Source of the DNA: Acutalibacteraceae bacterium | GTDB lineage: Bacteria; Bacillota; Clostridia; Oscillospirales; Acutalibacteraceae | Assembly (NCBI GenBank): GCA_045596125.1 | Contig: JAZOBT010000089.1 | Location: 1-61,921, forward strand | Direction of reading: 5' to 3' | DNA length: 61,921 bases | Part shown: piece after piece, positions 28,983 to 37,241 of the stretch | Position numbering within the stretch: position 1 is the stretch's first letter | Layout: each line of letters begins with the position of its first letter | Made by a program: the position numbers and the translations under genes | Notes under the pieces: model-generated | Told to the model about the DNA's origin: nothing | Seen by the model: the letters and a program-made list of their open reading frames with translations, nothing else | Databases searched by the model: none

Positions 28983-31268
28983 TTATTCACATCCGCAGAA
29001 ATGAGGCATATGCGGATACAATTTTCTCAATTCGTTCAATTTTTCCACACTTACCGATTCACCTTCGCGACGTCCGCAACGGGGGCATACCTCGTTGATA
29101 ACACCGGTATATCCGCAAACAGGATCGCGGTCAACGGGATGGTTCACCGAACCGTAACCCACGCCCGCTTCTTTCATGCAACGGATCACCGCCTCAAACG
29201 CCTCCAGGTTCTTGCAGGTATCGCCGTCTAATTCCACATAGCTGATATGACCCGCATTGGTCAATGCGTGGAACGGGCCTTCAATAGCGATCTTCTTGTA
29301 AGCGCTGATCGAATAGTACACCGGCACGTGGAACGAGTTGGTGTAATAATCGCGATCCGTCACACCGGCGATCTCGCCGTAGATCTTCTTATCAATGCGC
29401 ACGAAACGCCCGCTGAGTCCTTCTGCCGGCGTCGCCAACAACGTAAAGTTGAGGCCCGTCTGCTTGGACTGCTCGTCCATACGGTTGCGCATATACGTAA
29501 CGATCTCGTGACCAAGCTTGCGGCTCTCTTCACTCTCGCCGTGATGCTTACCCGTGAGCGCTTTGAGCGTCTCCGCCAAACCGATAAAGCCCACACTGAG
29601 CGTACCGTGCTTGAGCACTTCTGCCACACTGTCATCGGGTCCGAGATGTTCGGAATCGATCCACACACCCTGTCCCATCAAGAAGGGATAGTTGCGCACT
29701 TTCTTGCCGCATTGCACCTTAAACCGATGCAACAACTGACGGCACACCAGATCGATGCGTTGATCCAGCAAACGATAGAACTTATCGATATCGCCCTTCG
29801 CCTCAATACCGATACGCGGCAGGTTGATAGAGGTGAAGCTCAAGTTACCGCGACCGCAAGTCACTTCACGCTCTTTATCGTGTACGTTACCCATAACACG
29901 CGTGCGGCAACCCATATACGCCACTTCGGTATTGTAATCACCGGGACGATAATACTGCAGATTGAACGGCGCATCCAAGAAGCTGAAGTTCGGGAACAAG
30001 CGCTTCGCCGACGTTTTCATCGCCAGTTTGAACAGATCGTAGTTGGGGTCGCAGGCGTTATAGTTAATGCCTTCCTTCACCTTGAAGATCTGCACGGGGA
30101 AGATCGGCGTCTCACCGTTACCCAAGCCCGCATCGGTCGCCACCAACAGATTACGGATCACCATCCGCGCCTCAGGCGACGTATCGGTACCATAGTTGAC
30201 CGAGCTGAACGGCACCTGTGCACCCGCGCGCGAATTCATCGTGTTCAAGTTATGCACAAACGCTTCCATCGCTTGGAACGTCGCACGGTCGGTCTGTCTC
30301 CACGCGGTAGCCGCGGCAAAATCGTGTGCTTCCACCGCTTGCTCGGTCGTGATCGAAACAGCCGGTTGCGAATTTTTCGGCAACCAAACCGACAATACGT
30401 GCCCGACATCCTCGGTGTTGCCCATCTTCACTTCGACACCCAACGACTCGCGTGCCGTCGCCGCCAACGCTTCCGCATCGGTAGCACTCATACCGAACCG
30501 CACAATGAAATACTCTGCCAACGCGCGGAAATACTCCCGACGGTAGGTTTTCGCAACACCGGGTGCCATCGCATAATCAAAGTTCGGGATACTCTGCCCG
30601 CCGTGCATTTCGTTCTGGTTCGCCTGAATGGCGATACACGCCAGCGCCGAATAGCTTTGAATACCGTTCGGCTCACGCAAGCAACCGTGACCCGTGGAGA
30701 AACCGTTGCGGAACAGTTTGAGCAGATCGATCTGGCAGCACGTCTCCGTAAGCATATAGAAATCCTTGTCGTGGATATGAATGTCACCGTTAATGTGCGC
30801 CGCGGCAATATCCTTCGGCAAAATATAATTATCAATAAAATATTTGGAACCTTCGGAACCGTATTTCAGCATCGTACCCATCGCGGTATCCGCATCGATA
30901 TTCGCATTTTCGCGTTTGATATCGGCGTCCTTTGCGTACGAGAAAGTCAGCTCCTTATAAATATCCATCAAATCCGCCTCGGATTGACGGATCTTCGCGT
31001 GCTCCGCACGATACAAAATGTACGCCTTCGCGGTTTTACCGTATCCCGCGGCAATCAACTGCTCTTCAACCAAGTCTTGCACTTGTTCCACGCTGGGAAT
31101 TTCTCCCGCGGGAATCGACGCAACGACTTGCTGAGTCAATTCGACCAACGCTTGCGCCGAAATCTTTTCATCTGCCACGGCAATGTTCGCCTTATGCATG
31201 GCTTCCTTAATCTTATTGGAATCAAAAGCAACGGTCTCACCGTTACGTTTCCGGATCGATTCGATCAC
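28983..31268 (-). CDS. nrdD: anaerobic (class III) ribonucleoside-triphosphate reductase large ORF, lacking the glycyl-radical C-terminus
   Basis: N-terminal ATP-cone (RKRNGETVAFDSNKI), conserved core, and Zn-ribbon CGYTGVINEVCPRCG. Ends ...HFCGCE with no RxxGY. Start placed at a GTG 8 nt after AGGAG. Confidence 0.93.
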   Translation of the reverse strand: MIESIRKRNGETVAFDSNKIKEAMHKANIAVADEKISAQALVELTQQVVASIPAGEIPSVEQVQDLVEEQLIAAGYGKTAKAYILYRAEHAKIRQSEADLMDIYKELTFSYAKDADIKRENANIDADTAMGTMLKYGSEGSKYFIDNYILPKDIAAAHINGDIHIHDKDFYMLTETCCQIDLLKLFRNGFSTGHGCLREPNGIQSYSALACIAIQANQNEMHGGQSIPNFDYAMAPGVAKTYRREYFRALAEYFIVRFGMSATDAEALAATARESLGVEVKMGNTEDVGHVLSVWLPKNSQPAVSITTEQAVEAHDFAAATAWRQTDRATFQAMEAFVHNLNTMNSRAGAQVPFSSVNYGTDTSPEARMVIRNLLVATDAGLGNGETPIFPVQIFKVKEGINYNACDPNYDLFKLAMKTSAKRLFPNFSFLDAPFNLQYYRPGDYNTEVAYMGCRTRVMGNVHDKEREVTCGRGNLSFTSINLPRIGIEAKGDIDKFYRLLDQRIDLVCRQLLHRFKVQCGKKVRNYPFLMGQGVWIDSEHLGPDDSVAEVLKHGTLSVGFIGLAETLKALTGKHHGESEESRKLGHEIVTYMRNRMDEQSKQTGLNFTLLATPAEGLSGRFVRIDKKIYGEIAGVTDRDYYTNSFHVPVYYSISAYKKIAIEGPFHALTNAGHISYVELDGDTCKNLEAFEAVIRCMKEAGVGYGSVNHPVDRDPVCGYTGVINEVCPRCGRREGESVSVEKLNELRKLYPHMPHFCGCE

Positions 31269-31333
31269 ATTCCCCACTCCTCATTGCTGTACTTCCTCTG
31301 AATACCACGTGCCGCAACTAAAAAGCGGCCGTG

Positions 31334-31391
31334 CCACTATATATTACTACATATCGGTCTCCTTGTCAATGGCAAACACAATATATTGTGT
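31334..31391. promoter_or_regulatory. two NrdR boxes upstream of nrdD
   Basis: ACACAATATATTGTGT (31376-31391, perfect palindrome) and CCACTATATATTACTA (31334-31349). Confidence 0.7.
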
Positions 31392-31544
31392 ATGAAAATT
31401 TTTATAACTTCCCTTTTTCCGCATAAATCGCAGGTTTTTTAATAAAAAGAAAGATTCCGACACCACAATTTTTTGAACGACACGAGGTTTCCCGCTTAAT
31501 CGCGCGGACAAGCTCGTATTATATATGTATAAGGAGGTATGATT

Positions 31545-31889
31545 ATGGTAATACGGATGGGAACCGAGCCGGAGGGATTAACCGTCTGGCTTTCGGGCGA
31601 ACTCGACCATCACGCGGCACGCACCCTACGTGAACAAGTGGATGCCGCCGTGGAGCGTTCATCAGCAAAGCACCTGCGATTGGATTTTTCGGGTGTCACG
31701 TTTATGGACAGTTCGGGAATCGGTCTCATTATGGGACGCTATCGGTTAATGCAATCGCGCGGCGGTACGCTCACAGTGGCAGGCGCCTCGGAACGCTTGC
31801 TGCGCGTGATGAAACTCGCAGGGCTCGACCGCTTACCGGTGTGGGATGCTGCACCGAATACACAACACAAGGAGGTAACACGTAAATGA
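31545..31889 (+). CDS. spoIIAA: anti-sigma F factor antagonist (STAS)
   Basis: LTVWLSGELDHHAA...FMDSSGIGLIMGR phosphorylatable Ser context. Confidence 0.9.
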   Translation: MVIRMGTEPEGLTVWLSGELDHHAARTLREQVDAAVERSSAKHLRLDFSGVTFMDSSGIGLIMGRYRLMQSRGGTLTVAGASERLLRVMKLAGLDRLPVWDAAPNTQHKEVTRK

Positions 31890-32338
31890 AACAACCGATC
31901 AACGAAATGAAACTCACGTTTCCCAGTCGCTCGGCAAACGAGGCGTTCGCCCGCTCGGCGGTCGCCTCGTTCCTCACCCAACTCGATCCTGCCGTGGACG
32001 AGTTAGCCGACCTGCGCACCGCCGTATCCGAAGCAGTGACCAACTGTATCGTTCACGCTTACCGCGATACCATCGGCAACATCACGATCCAAATGCGTCT
32101 GTACGATGACGGCCGTACCGTCATTAAGATCCGTGACCGCGGTTGCGGTATTCCCGACGTGCCGCAAGCGATGGAACCGCTGTTCACAACAGGCGGTGAC
32201 GATCGCTCGGGATTGGGCTTCTCCGTGATGGAAAGCTTTACCGACCGCCTGCGCGTCACATCACGCGCCGGTCGCGGCACCACCGTCACAATGGAAAAAT
32301 ACATAACCGTGCGGGAACGGCAGGCGAAAGCAGTGTGA
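31886..32338 (+). CDS. spoIIAB: anti-sigma F factor (serine kinase)
   Basis: AVSEAVTNCIVHAY N-box and GLGFSVMESF G-box. ATGA overlap with the upstream gene. Confidence 0.92.
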   Translation: MKQPINEMKLTFPSRSANEAFARSAVASFLTQLDPAVDELADLRTAVSEAVTNCIVHAYRDTIGNITIQMRLYDDGRTVIKIRDRGCGIPDVPQAMEPLFTTGGDDRSGLGFSVMESFTDRLRVTSRAGRGTTVTMEKYITVRERQAKAV

Positions 32339-32991
32339 CACGCGACGAATACATCTGTGCCAATTTAGGACTCGTCCACAACTGCGCGCGCCGCTTTGTG
32401 GGGCGTGGCATCGAGTACGATGATCTGTATCAAGCCGGCTGTATGGGGCTCGTCAAAGCAGTGGACGGCTTTGATGAAAGCCGCGGACTGCGCCTATCCA
32501 CTTACGCCGTACCCGTCATACTCGGCGAAATACGCCGCTTATTTCGCGATGGCGGTACCGTCAAAGTCAGTCGCTCGCTCAAAGAACTGTCGATGCGTGT
32601 ATGCAAAGAGCGCGATGCCTTTCAAGCGCGCGAAGGCCGTGAGCCCACCGTCAGCGAATTAGCGGACGTATTGTCGCTGGAGCGCGAACAGGTGGTGGAA
32701 GCACTCGGTGCAGCGCTCCCCGCCTTGTCGCTCACGCGAAGCGGCGACAATGATGACGGCGATGAGATCGACGTTCCCGTGGCGGCACCCGAAGAATCTA
32801 TCACCGATCGCTTGGCGCTGGGGCAAGTGTTGTCGGAACTCTCCGAACACGACCGCTCGCTCATTGAACTGCGCTATTTCCAGCGCCGCACGCAACAGCA
32901 CACCGCCGAAGTTTTGGGAATGACACAAGTGCAAGTCTCGCGCCGCGAACGTGTCATCCTCCGCGAACTGCGCCGCCGCCTTTCCTCATAA
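32335..32991 (+). CDS. sigF: sporulation sigma factor F
   Basis: DDLYQAGCMGLVKAVDGFD region 2, and region 4 TQQHTAEVLGMTQVQVSRRE. GTGA overlap with spoIIAB. Confidence 0.92.
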   Translation: MTRDEYICANLGLVHNCARRFVGRGIEYDDLYQAGCMGLVKAVDGFDESRGLRLSTYAVPVILGEIRRLFRDGGTVKVSRSLKELSMRVCKERDAFQAREGREPTVSELADVLSLEREQVVEALGAALPALSLTRSGDNDDGDEIDVPVAAPEESITDRLALGQVLSELSEHDRSLIELRYFQRRTQQHTAEVLGMTQVQVSRRERVILRELRRRLSS

Positions 32992-33035
32992 AACAAGAAA
33001 CAGAGACGGATAATCGTTGTGCTCTTAAGGACAGT

Positions 33036-33070
33036 AAAAGGCTGTGTAGAAAATTTCTACACAGCCTTTT
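33036..33070. terminator. terminator after sigF, marking the start of the AT-rich islet
   Basis: AAAAGGCTGTGTAGAAA / TTTCTACACAGCCTTTT. Confidence 0.65.
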
Positions 33071-33089
33071 GCCTATCAAACAAATGTTT

Positions 33090-33458
33090 TTATTCTCTAA
33101 CAACTTCTGCACGCCGAAACGAAATTTCCAAATGCTTTGTTTTACATTTAACAGTATCGAATTTCAAATTCAGCAGATAATGGTCTCCCTTATTTACCAT
33201 TTCATCTGATAACCACCAACCACCATTTAGCAAACTTATGTCAAACTCGCTTGTTTTGATTTTATAATTATAGAAACGAATTTCTGTTATACCTGCCTCA
33301 AACAAAGCGCCATCACAATCAATCTTTAGTATTAAGCGATTATCTTCCGGATTCCAATTTGATTCCTTTTTTGTAGCTGAAATAATGTGGGCATCGTGAA
33401 GCCCGTGCATCCAATACCATTCCGGAAAATTATTTTGAGCTTGCTTCAACAAAATCAC
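33090..33458 (-). CDS. hypothetical protein (AT-rich islet)
   Basis: 122-aa ORF with AT-rich codon usage. No motif I can name with confidence. Confidence 0.5.
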   Translation of the reverse strand: MILLKQAQNNFPEWYWMHGLHDAHIISATKKESNWNPEDNRLILKIDCDGALFEAGITEIRFYNYKIKTSEFDISLLNGGWWLSDEMVNKGDHYLLNLKFDTVKCKTKHLEISFRRAEVVRE

Positions 33459-33848
33459 CCCACTGATTCTATTATATGCTTGTGTTAAATTAGGGACGAA
33501 TATAGCCTCCCTTGCCTAAAGGGAGGCTCGTATAAGAACAAGCCTTTTTCTGTATTTAATATAACATTTTTCGCTGATATTTTCAAATTATGTATACAAA
33601 TAGAGTTATCCCGAAATAACGAGATAACTCTATTTTTGATGGTATGACAAAAATCATATCAAAAAACGCCGTTAAAAGCTTTGTTTTTAAGCAGTAAAAC
33701 CGCCGAAAGTATGACGGTTATTCCTGCCTTGCCTTTTACACTAAACAGTTATTGAGAGTTTATTCGCAAAATAAGATATAGACTTTATCGCAAGCATAAG
33801 TATAATTAAATTAGAAGCTTCTAAACAAAACGAAAAGGAGCCGTTTTA

Positions 33849-34600
33849 ATGAATAACATTTTTTCCAATAATCTAAAGAAATTAAGATTACAAAAAAATC
33901 TTACTCAAGAGCAAGTTGCAGAGGTTTTAGGTGTAAGTACTCAAACAATTTCTCGCTGGGAATGTAATACAACTTACCCCGATATAATGTTGCTACCAAA
34001 AATTGCACGACTTTATTGTGTGACAGTTGATGACTTATTTAAAGAAGACTCATCAGCATATGAAAATTATGCTCAAAGGCTTGCCAGTGTTTACGAACTT
34101 ACACATAAAGCCGAAGATTATTTAAATGCAGATATAGAATTTAATAGACTTAAGAAATTAGGTAATTATACACTTGAAGATTGTCGAATACACGGAGTAA
34201 TTCATTCATCAATGATGTGTTCTTGCAAATGGTTGGCAATTGAAAATTTCAACTATATCATCAATGAATTTGAAAAAGAAAACAATATTTCACCCGAAAA
34301 TAAAATTTATTGGAAAACCCGATATCAAATAATACATTATTATATTGAAATAGGGCAATCAGAGCAAATATGTCAAAACCAAGAAAACCGATTAAAAAAT
34401 TGTGCAGATGATTATATGGAATGGACTGTTTTGATTTATGCCTATTATTATGCCGGAAAATATAAAGAGGCTTATGAAAGTTTTATAAAAACGAATGAAA
34501 AGTTTTCTGATAAATGGGAGATTTATGATATTGCAAGTTATGTTTGCAGAGCACTGAAAAAATTTGATGATGCAATAAAATATAGTGATATGTCTTATAA
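33849..34600 (+). pseudogene. XRE-HTH/TPR regulator, 5' portion, interrupted at 34600 by the integrative element
   Basis: AAAGGAG RBS. HTH is LRLQKNLTQEQVAEVLGVSTQTISRWE, followed by TPR-like repeats. The tracked tail NPSVAIPYRF... is read-through into element DNA. Confidence 0.8.
34594..34600 (+). repeat. attL core CTTATAA
   Basis: Lies at the junction of AT-rich host ORF sequence and the tRNA-like element end. Its counterpart CTTAAAA is at 43224-43230. Confidence 0.65.
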
Positions 34601-34648
34601 TCCCTCGGTAGCAATACCGTACCGGTTCGACCCCGGTCAGCGGCACCA
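34601..34648 (+). pseudogene. tRNA-Leu-like 3' fragment (anticodon-stem 3' strand to CCA), element-borne and not a functional tRNA
   Basis: TCCCT / CGGTA-GCAA-TACCG-T long variable arm / ACCGG-TTCGACC-CCGGT T-arm / CAGCGGC-A-CCA. No matching 5' half upstream. Confidence 0.75.
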
Positions 34649-34730
34649 AGCAAAAAACCGCTCAACCAAGCCTTTTGTTGGCATTGGTGGGCGGTTCTTT
34701 GTATGTGTAGGACGGTTAAGTTTTAGTTGG

Positions 34731-34752
34731 TTTGGGGTTTATTTGGGGTTTA
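34731..34752 (+). repeat. putative arm-type integrase sites (TTTGGGGTTTA x2-3), left arm
   Basis: TTTGGGGTTTATTTGGGGTTTA. The same 20-mer recurs at 43085-43115. Confidence 0.5.
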
Positions 34753-34781
34753 CTCAATAAAAAACGTACACTTTTCCCCCG

Positions 34782-35114
34782 TCACCGGCGCGGATCGTGC
34801 TGTGTGCCGCGGCGTTTCTTTCCCGACTTGGCCTGCTGTTCGGCTTCGATGAGCGGGACAGCTCTGCCGTAGGACAGCAGCTTGCCTGTGCGTTTCTCAT
34901 AGCGTTGGATCCAACGGACCACCTCGGAGATCGTCATCGCGCTGTCGGGATGTGGCGCCGGCACAGGTGGAGCGGGAGCCGGAGGTTTCTTCTTGCTCCG
35001 TGTCTTCCCTCTGTTCCGCGCACGATGAGCACACTCGGCCGAACAGAACCAAGCGAACGGTTTGTCCTCCGGAGCGGTGAAGATCTCACCGCATAATCTG
35101 CAACTTCGTTGTAT
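34782..35114 (-). CDS. small zinc-ribbon protein; no canonical start covers the ribbon
   Basis: The frame is open from the stop at 35123-35121. It encodes CRLCGE...FCSAECAHRA, a basic/Pro linker, then MTISEVVRWIQRYEKRTG. AAAGGAAG lies 9 nt before an ATA codon at 35114. Confidence 0.4.
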   Translation of the reverse strand: MQRSCRLCGEIFTAPEDKPFAWFCSAECAHRARNRGKTRSKKKPPAPAPPVPAPHPDSAMTISEVVRWIQRYEKRTGKLLSYGRAVPLIEAEQQAKSGKKRRGTQHDPRR

Positions 35115-35603
35115 GGTGATCTACTTCCTTTCGTGTCTTCTCTTAGTGAAGGGGTGGGCTGAGCAAAACTTAAAAGGGTCCCCCATTGCAAACGGGCAAG
35201 AGGGACAAGGGGCACCCCTCCCGCACCCCGGGGGGGGGAGGGTAAAGAGATACCCTTCACAATATTTTTTCTTACAAAAAAGGCGGCCTTTGTGCAGTTG
35301 ACTGCAAAGCGGCGCAACCCTAAAACCAACAGCGCGGAAAATCACCGTTCACGCCTTGCCGCGGCTTGGCTCGTTGGTGTTTGGTGTTTACGCCACCAGT
35401 GGCGCACTTTTGTTTTCCGATCAGCTGAGCGGGCAACGTGCGCTGCGTTTCCGCAGCGTTGCAAACAGGATCACGTTTGCGGCTTTCTTTTTATGGTGTC
35501 GGATTTGTCGGGGTGCAACCAACAAAAATAGTGCTAGTTGCACCTCGGTTTCAGCCGAAAACCCAGTAACACCAAGGGTCTAGGCCCTCTCCCGCCCTTT
35601 TTT

Positions 35604-35788
35604 TGAAACCAAGAAACTAATTTTCCTATACGCGAATTATCAAATATATATTTTTTCTCTAATATTTTTTAAAATTTTTTATATTGTTTTTTCCTTGGTT
35701 TCATAGTTTCAGAAGAAGTTAAAAGCGGAAAATCCCAGTTATACCAAGGGTTGACGGGGTGAAACCAGAGTGAAACCAACTGAAACCA
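35604..35788. other. putative replication origin: TGAAACCA iterons flanking an AT-rich stretch
   Basis: Direct TGAAACCA at 35604, 35760, 35771 and 35781 (the last three 10-11 bp apart). Inverted TGGTTTCA at 35696. Nearly pure A/T at about 35630-35690. Confidence 0.5.
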
Positions 35789-35818
35789 GCGCCCCAAAAA
35801 TAGGGCGCTGGCCTTTTC
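35788..35818. terminator. hairpin downstream of the VirE-like gene
   Basis: CAGCGCCC-CAAAAATA-GGGCGCTG followed by GCCTTTTCTT. Confidence 0.45.
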
Positions 35819-35828
35819 TTAGTTTCAC

Positions 35829-37241
35829 TTATTTTCGCTTCCAGTACTTTTGGTAGCCATACCCGGTAAACCGTTTCCCTTTGTTCTGCCTTGCCCACCC
35901 CGGCATATTTTGCATAATGAGCACAATGTCATTGCTATCCTTCCGAGTGGGATGTGCGTACTCATTCATCAACGCTTCCTTCCACAGCTCCAGTATACAG
36001 ATCTCGTTGCGGCCGTCCAGGTAGTCCTCGATCAACCCGACACGGTAATCTTCCTCTGCCGCGTTACGTTGTGCGCTCTCGATCTGCGACAGTAGTGCGT
36101 AGTTCGGAACGGCGGGAAGCTCGTCCCGATCGAACAGAGCCTTTGCCTCAGCCCAGCACTGCCGAATATAAGCGCGGATCTCCTGCTCTCGGTTGTGCAG
36201 CTCGTAGCCGTTGCTGTGTACCGTCACCGGCAGGAAACGGCGGTTGCCCGTCTTGTCGGTCAAAAACTGCTCGCGGTTGGTCGTTCCGATGAATATGTTT
36301 TGCCGGAGATAGTCGGCGGGTCTTTTGTCATAAGAGCGCCGGACGTAATCGCTTTGCCGGGATAGGAACGCCTTGACCGCCTCGACCTCTTTCGCTTTGG
36401 TGAGCGCCAACAGCTCGCTGAGTTCGCAGATCCATTTGCCGGTGATCGTCTCCATGCCGTCCTTGCCCTCGATCGTGAACGTGTCGGAATAGAAGCGATC
36501 CTCCAGTGCAAGCATCCGCACGACCGTGCTTTTGCCCTCGCCCTGCGCTTTGCCGATCAGCACCGGAACGCTGTCGAATTTACAGCCGGGGTTATAAATG
36601 CGATGGATTCCGCCGGCGAAAATAAGGCGGCTCACCTCGCGCGTGTACAGATCGTCCTCGCATTTGAGCACGTCGCATAAAAACCGCTCGATCCTGTGGG
36701 TACCGTCCCACGTGATTGCTTCGATCATATCCTTGATGGGGTGGTACGAGCGTGTGTGTGCCACGTTGGCGAGCGCCATCATACACATTTGTGGGCTGTA
36801 GATCTTGTATTCCCGTTCAATGTAGCTGATAGCAAGGCCATCGTCGGCATCCGTCCACAGCCGCACCCTACTGCCTTCAATGATCTCCATCGTGTTTGCC
36901 ATCAAGTTATACTGCAACCCCGCAAAATACGGGTCGTTCTGTATGATCCGCTCGAAGTTGTTGACCGTGCGGCGGATCTTCCCCTGCCGATCGTACTCGA
37001 TCGGGAAATCGATCTTGCGTTGCGGTAACTGCTCAAACATTTTATTTTCCTCAGTGCGGTACGCGCCGATCAGCGAGCGGGCCGCCTTGCTGCAGCCGAG
37101 AAAATCCGCACGGTCTTGCAAAGCAATCAGCCGTCTTGTCTTTGTGATTTCATCCGTGGTGTCAAAAATTGCGTCGAAGGTATCCTCACTGAGCAGTTGT
37201 GCTGCTGTCATTTCCCCGATCTGTTTTTCTGTGATTGTCAA
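35829..37241 (-). CDS. VirE-family (virulence-associated protein E) P-loop replication protein
   Basis: Walker A GKAQGEGKST, Walker B-like ICELSEL, and TTNREQFLTDKTGNRRFLPV, typical of phage/satellite VirE/D5-like NTPases. Confidence 0.85.
   Translation of the reverse strand: MTITEKQIGEMTAAQLLSEDTFDAIFDTTDEITKTRRLIALQDRADFLGCSKAARSLIGAYRTEENKMFEQLPQRKIDFPIEYDRQGKIRRTVNNFERIIQNDPYFAGLQYNLMANTMEIIEGSRVRLWTDADDGLAISYIEREYKIYSPQMCMMALANVAHTRSYHPIKDMIEAITWDGTHRIERFLCDVLKCEDDLYTREVSRLIFAGGIHRIYNPGCKFDSVPVLIGKAQGEGKSTVVRMLALEDRFYSDTFTIEGKDGMETITGKWICELSELLALTKAKEVEAVKAFLSRQSDYVRRSYDKRPADYLRQNIFIGTTNREQFLTDKTGNRRFLPVTVHSNGYELHNREQEIRAYIRQCWAEAKALFDRDELPAVPNYALLSQIESAQRNAAEEDYRVGLIEDYLDGRNEICILELWKEALMNEYAHPTRKDSNDIVLIMQNMPGWARQNKGKRFTGYGYQKYWKRK

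Noticed and set aside
28935-28985. Stop-codon read-through or a simple frameshift joining nrdD to the glycyl-radical ORF
   Set aside because: The two ORFs are in the same frame, but they are separated by two stops (TAA and TAG). The small ORF also has its own well-spaced AAGGAG, so a single recoding event cannot fuse them. Sequencing error remains possible and is listed as the refutation test.
34392-34649. Minus-strand ORF (MVPLTGVEPVRY...) and the plus-strand tail of ORF 33849-34760
   Set aside because: Both are read-through across the attL junction and the tRNA-like fragment. GVEPVR-type strings are the usual translation artefact of tRNA T-arm DNA.
34560-34660. A complete tRNA gene
   Set aside because: Only the 3' 48 nt (anticodon-stem 3' strand to CCA) are present. 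The required 5' acceptor strand GCCGCTG and the D-arm are absent upstream, where host ORF sequence lies instead.
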